Assembly (NCBI RefSeq): GCF_001194135.2
Contig: NC_068990.1
Location: 52,931,181-52,971,493 of the forward strand
Length of the DNA stretch: 40,313 bases
Direction of reading: 5' to 3'
Origin: Octopus bimaculoides
Lineage: Eukaryota
Below, one piece after another: positions 36,387 to 40,313 of the stretch. The notes beneath the pieces were generated by a model, which saw nothing but the letters and a program-made list of their open reading frames with translations, was not told the origin of the DNA and ran no database searches. Within the stretch, counting starts at the first letter, position 1, and each line of letters opens with the position of its first letter. The position numbers were made by a program, and so were the translations under genes.

Positions 36387-36389
<3 letters not shown>

Positions 36390-36911
36390 GATTACATTTA
36401 AAAATAAACAAACATGAAATTCTTTTTATTTGGCCTGATATAGCTGTAGTATCACACTACTCTTTCTACATATGGGTGGGTCTTGGATGTTTAATTGATA
36501 TTGTGGACATTATCCATGACCTTTCACAGGTGTTGAAAGTAGTATGTGCACTCTGTTCTGGTCAGTTTAGGGTGGTTCACCTGTTCAAGTGTGTAGATGC
36601 AGAAGTGTTAGGGCCTTCTGAAGGTTGTCAGGAGGGTTCTGCACTGCAATCTTCTTACCTTTGATACCTGAGTTTTCGTTACTGCTGTTTTTAAAGTTGC
36701 TGACCATCTCTTGTAACCAGTCCTGAAATTAATATGGACTTCCAGTTGATGTAGGGCTACACCAGTGAAGTCTTTAAACTACTTCTGATATAATCCTAGG
36801 TACATTTGTCCCTGTGAGAGAGCTCCAGAGAAAGGCTGGTAGTGGGACTACACTATCCAGATCACGTGTTCAGTGCAATGGAGTGGACCTTTTAAAGTCT
36901 TTACTTTAATT

Positions 36912-37410
36912 AGGTATCATTATGAATTTTTGAAAATATTTAAATCTAATTCCTATTATACTTTTTCTTGGAGAGCATTCAAAATGAAACATTTTGATAC
37001 CTCATTTGTGAAATTTGGTTGAATATTTTAGGAAATATGACAATTTGAATAGTCAGTGAATTGGTCAAAATCTTGCTTAATTGGCTTAAATGAATAATTA
37101 GCCATATTTGTGATGTAATATCTTTCAAACTGAAGTGATAATCATCTTCAAATTACACAAATTAATAGTGTCCATGGGATAGCAGTTGCTTATTTTTTCA
37201 GGTTCTTGAAAATGAAACTTTTTTTTTTTTGGTAATTTTTTAATATTTATGTAAAACCTATTTTGTTGCATGTAGCAGTCAATTCTTCAGTGTTTTCAGA
37301 GGTAGCTAAATCCAAAAGTTCAAGCCAAAGGGACTTCAGTTTTGATGCATTTGTAGTAGGTATAGAACTAAATAAATCCTGAGATTTTGGGACATGATAC
37401 CATTTCAGTA
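36912..37410 (+). repeat. Unclassified repeat of about 500 bp, family G copy 2
   Basis: Diverged direct repeat of 34796-35300. Confidence 0.75.
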
Positions 37411-38265
37411 AAATTTTAACAGACTATTATAAATGGCTATAATTGGCAGATTTTTGGATCAGGATGCCAATATAAGTTGGATTTCTCTGTTTTGGTGGGG
37501 ATTTTTCTCTTCCTTGTTTTTTTTTTCCCATCATGGCCTTGGAAATGATGGAGGGAAAGTTTTTATGAAACTTATTGCGAAATAAAAGCTGAAAATTGTA
37601 CTTTGTTACATCAATTTCCAAACCTTTTAAAGTTTTATTCATGTTCTGATATCTTTTCCCCTCTGCTGATATTTCCTACCTGTTCTATTTGACACCCCTG
37701 TCCCTATACTCAAAGTGATTTGAGTTTACCTCTAAAACCTGTTATGTTTATCTTTGTACTAAGTGTAGTAAAGTTAAAGTTTTATCAAAGTTGGTGAAAG
37801 TCCTCTGGATATAACCCCTCCTCCACTACTTCAGTTACCCTAGGTCAGCAAGGTTTACATAATTGTTTTCTTTAATTTTTAAACCTGTTTGGAACCTTTT
37901 AAAATTGGAAGAAAATTTTTTTTAAATTGCATTTCTTATAATCATTAACAGAAATTGTTACAGCTCTAAACTGGTTCCAACCACTTCTTGAATGAGGGTG
38001 GGGAGAGGATAGAAGACAACTTGTGGCTGGTTGGTGAATGGAAAAGATTTGTTGGGTAGTGAATAAGATTGATTAAATATTGATACATACCCCCCCCCCC
38101 CACACACACACACTGTGTTAAAAAATAATTTGATTTTACTCTTTTCAAATAAAAGACAAATTATTTGGACAACTGAAAATGAATTGCGTTTCCATCACTG
38201 GATATTATATTGTAATATAGCAATAAATTTACTTCCACCATTTTCCAATAGATTAACATCATCAA

Positions 38266-38435
38266 TCCTTTTGTTACCACATTTCTGTTGAAATACACTG
38301 ACTTTGTTTCAATTAATTTTGAAAATAATGAACTTAGGAAAATTACTCTCATTATTAAGTTGGTATTTAGAAACAAATTAACATAAAATCTTGAGAAATT
38401 TGAATTAAGATCACTTTAAAAACATGTAGTTTGTA
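38266..38435 (+). mobile_element. MITE family F end fragment
   Basis: CCTTTTGTTACCACATTTCTGTTGAAATAC...TTTGTTTCAATTAATTTTGAAAATAATGAA, shared with 38623 and 20890. Confidence 0.55.
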
Positions 38436-38622
38436 TCGTAGCAGCTAGGATGCTCTCAGGTAGGTTGGTATCAGAAGGGGTTAATGTTAAAGACAAGAGG
38501 CTAGACACACAGGCATATAATATTGATTCATTTAGATCTTTGTTTAAATTATATTTATTCACTGAAAGTATTCTCTTCTCTCATTGCTCCAAGTTAAGTG
38601 TGAATGTATGTTATCACTTTAA

Positions 38623-38780
38623 CCTTTTTATTATGATGTTTCTGTTGAAATGCAATGCTTTTGTTTCAATTAATTTGGAAAATAATGAAGGATTTATTAA
38701 AATAACTGTCATGTCTAAGCTTTGGTTTGGAAGATAAATTAACATGTAATTTTGATAGAAGGTTTTAACTTAGGTCACTA
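38623..38780 (+). mobile_element. MITE family F end fragment
   Basis: TTAA|CCTTTTT start; colinear with 38266-38435. Confidence 0.55.
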
Positions 38781-39132
38781 TTTGGGAATGGCATGAACAT
38801 AACTTTATAATGAATTGTCTACCTCTCCTGTATTCTAAACTGTGATGGTCATTGAATGCAGTCAGTGTGTCCTTTCACCAAATAGTGTTTTACAACCACC
38901 TCCTTTACATTCTTGGTATGTTTTGAAGGAGAGAGAGAACAACTAATTAAACACAAACTACTTTTGTGCAGTGCTCTATTAACCATGTTTTCTTATCCTG
39001 TCCCGTCTAGCATGTGTCCTCATTTTACATATTTGCATGGATTGCTGCTTCCTATGTTAGAAAACACAGAATAGAATATACAGAAAACACAGAATAGAAA
39101 TACAGAATAGAATAATATTAAACCTTTGTATA

Positions 39133-39180
39133 TCATCATCATTATTTAGCATCCACTTTCCATGCTGGCATGGATTGGAC
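39133..39180 (-). repeat. Short RTE-type tail remnant
   Basis: TCATCATCATTATTTAGCATCCACTTTCCATGCTGGCATGGATTGGAC. Confidence 0.6.
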
Positions 39181-39446
39181 TTTTTTTTCACTGATAACAT
39201 AATGTTTAACTTGTATTTTAATTCCACCAAAGACTTTTTGGGAAAATGTCTAAAATATGGTATTGTTGTTCAGGGTTTGAATGTTTCATTTCTCAGAAAG
39301 ATCACAGCCCCTCTGAACCCCCAATACCTCCATAGCATCTCATTGACATTTGCTGTCCCCCTTGTAAATTCCCTATGTCTTGAAGAGGTAGGGGTGCTAC
39401 TGCCCAGTTTTCCACCCATTCATCTTGTGGTACATTAATTATCTTT

Positions 39447-39452
<6 letters not shown>

Positions 39453-39481
<29 letters not shown>
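39453..39481. repeat. Poly(A) run
   Basis: Direct reading. Confidence 0.85.
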
Positions 39482-39483
<2 letters not shown>

Positions 39484-39919
39484 CTCTTGTTTAACAAATA
39501 TCATTTGAACATTTCTTTTTTCATTTGATATGTTGTTTGCTTTTAGGCCTTAAATGTTGGCAATGTAATATTAGATGGCTAAAGTTTTTCTGATATGATA
39601 TTTCATTGTTAACTCCACTACTGCTGCCACCATCTCAGTAACATTATTCTTGGTGCAATTAACTGACCTCAGTGTCACTAGTATTTTATACCCCACTCTC
39701 AATGTTATGTTGTCTTTTTTGTCACTTTTTCTCAATTCATCACATTCTACCCTTCTCTATCTTTTCACCGGTCACAATCTTTTACTCTCTACTAACCCTA
39801 ATGATATAATTCTACATTCATTCATGATTTTGTTGTTGTCATGTGATCACTGTCTCCTCATCTTTGACTATAATCATTAAAAGTGAATTTTTTTTGTATT
39901 TAATTCTCTTCCCTTACAG

Positions 39920-39967
39920 TGTTATTGATAAAACAGACTGTGCTGTTAAACATTACTTCAACAATTG
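39920..39967 (+). CDS. Candidate 48-nt internal exon (VIDKTDCAVKHYFNN or LLIKQTVLLNITSTI)
   Basis: Strong acceptor TAATTCTCTTCCCTTACAG and a GTGATA donor; two frames are open, so the peptide is ambiguous. Confidence 0.3.
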
Positions 39968-40068
39968 GTGATATTTGGATCTGATGTCTTTGTTTGTATT
40001 ACTTAACATTTTATTTACATAAACTCAGTCATAACTTGCACTTTGACTTTAGCTTACCTAATTTATCT

Positions 40069-40313
40069 GATCATCATCATCATCATCATCATCGTTTAAC
40101 GTCCGCTTTCCATGCTAGCATGGGTTGGACGATTTGACTGAGGACTGGTGAAACCGGATGGCAACACCAGGCTCCAGTCTGATTTGGCAGAGTTTCTACA
40201 GCTGGATGCCCTTCCTAACGCCAACCACTCAGAGAGTGTAGTGGGTGCTTTTACGTGTCACCCGCACGAAAACGGCCACGCTCGAAATGGTGTCTTTTAT
40301 GTGCCACCCGCAC
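40069..40313 (-). mobile_element. Young RTE-type 3' tail running off the window end
   Basis: Reverse complement of 7154-7375 with 4 mismatches over about 200 bp; CpGs intact. Confidence 0.85.

Noticed and set aside
36500-36900. Possible decayed LINE or Penelope coding fragment on the minus strand
   Set aside because: The translation has stops and none of the RT, endonuclease or GIY-YIG motifs.
39060-39114. Short imperfect tandem (GAAAACACAGAATAGAA...) as a CRISPR-like or regulatory array
   Set aside because: Two to three slipped units with no unique spacers; ordinary slippage in a eukaryotic genome.

Overview
AT-rich, intron-like eukaryotic DNA from a draft assembly (five N gaps, many microsatellites). 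The repeat families look like those of an octopus or other coleoid cephalopod (my recognition, not a database result). No intact host gene is recognisable: only a few short plus-strand candidate exons, which I could not join into one frame-consistent protein. The window is dominated by transposon relics: an IR-DR type Tc1 (DD34E) element, an internally deleted mariner, a decayed Ty3/Gypsy pol, a 5'-truncated RTE LINE whose ORF2 carries a PHD-like finger inside the RT C-terminal region, many RTE-type 3' tails, several tRNA-like SINE families and TTAA-flanked piggyBac-like MITEs. The most unusual signals are a perfect 143-bp inverted templated insertion with a 12-bp target duplication (17.6/18.7 kb), two nearby perfect fold-back hairpins, the PHD-bearing RTE ORF2, and inverted retroposon pairs that could form ADAR-type dsRNA. 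I see no convincing evidence for a new multi-gene system.
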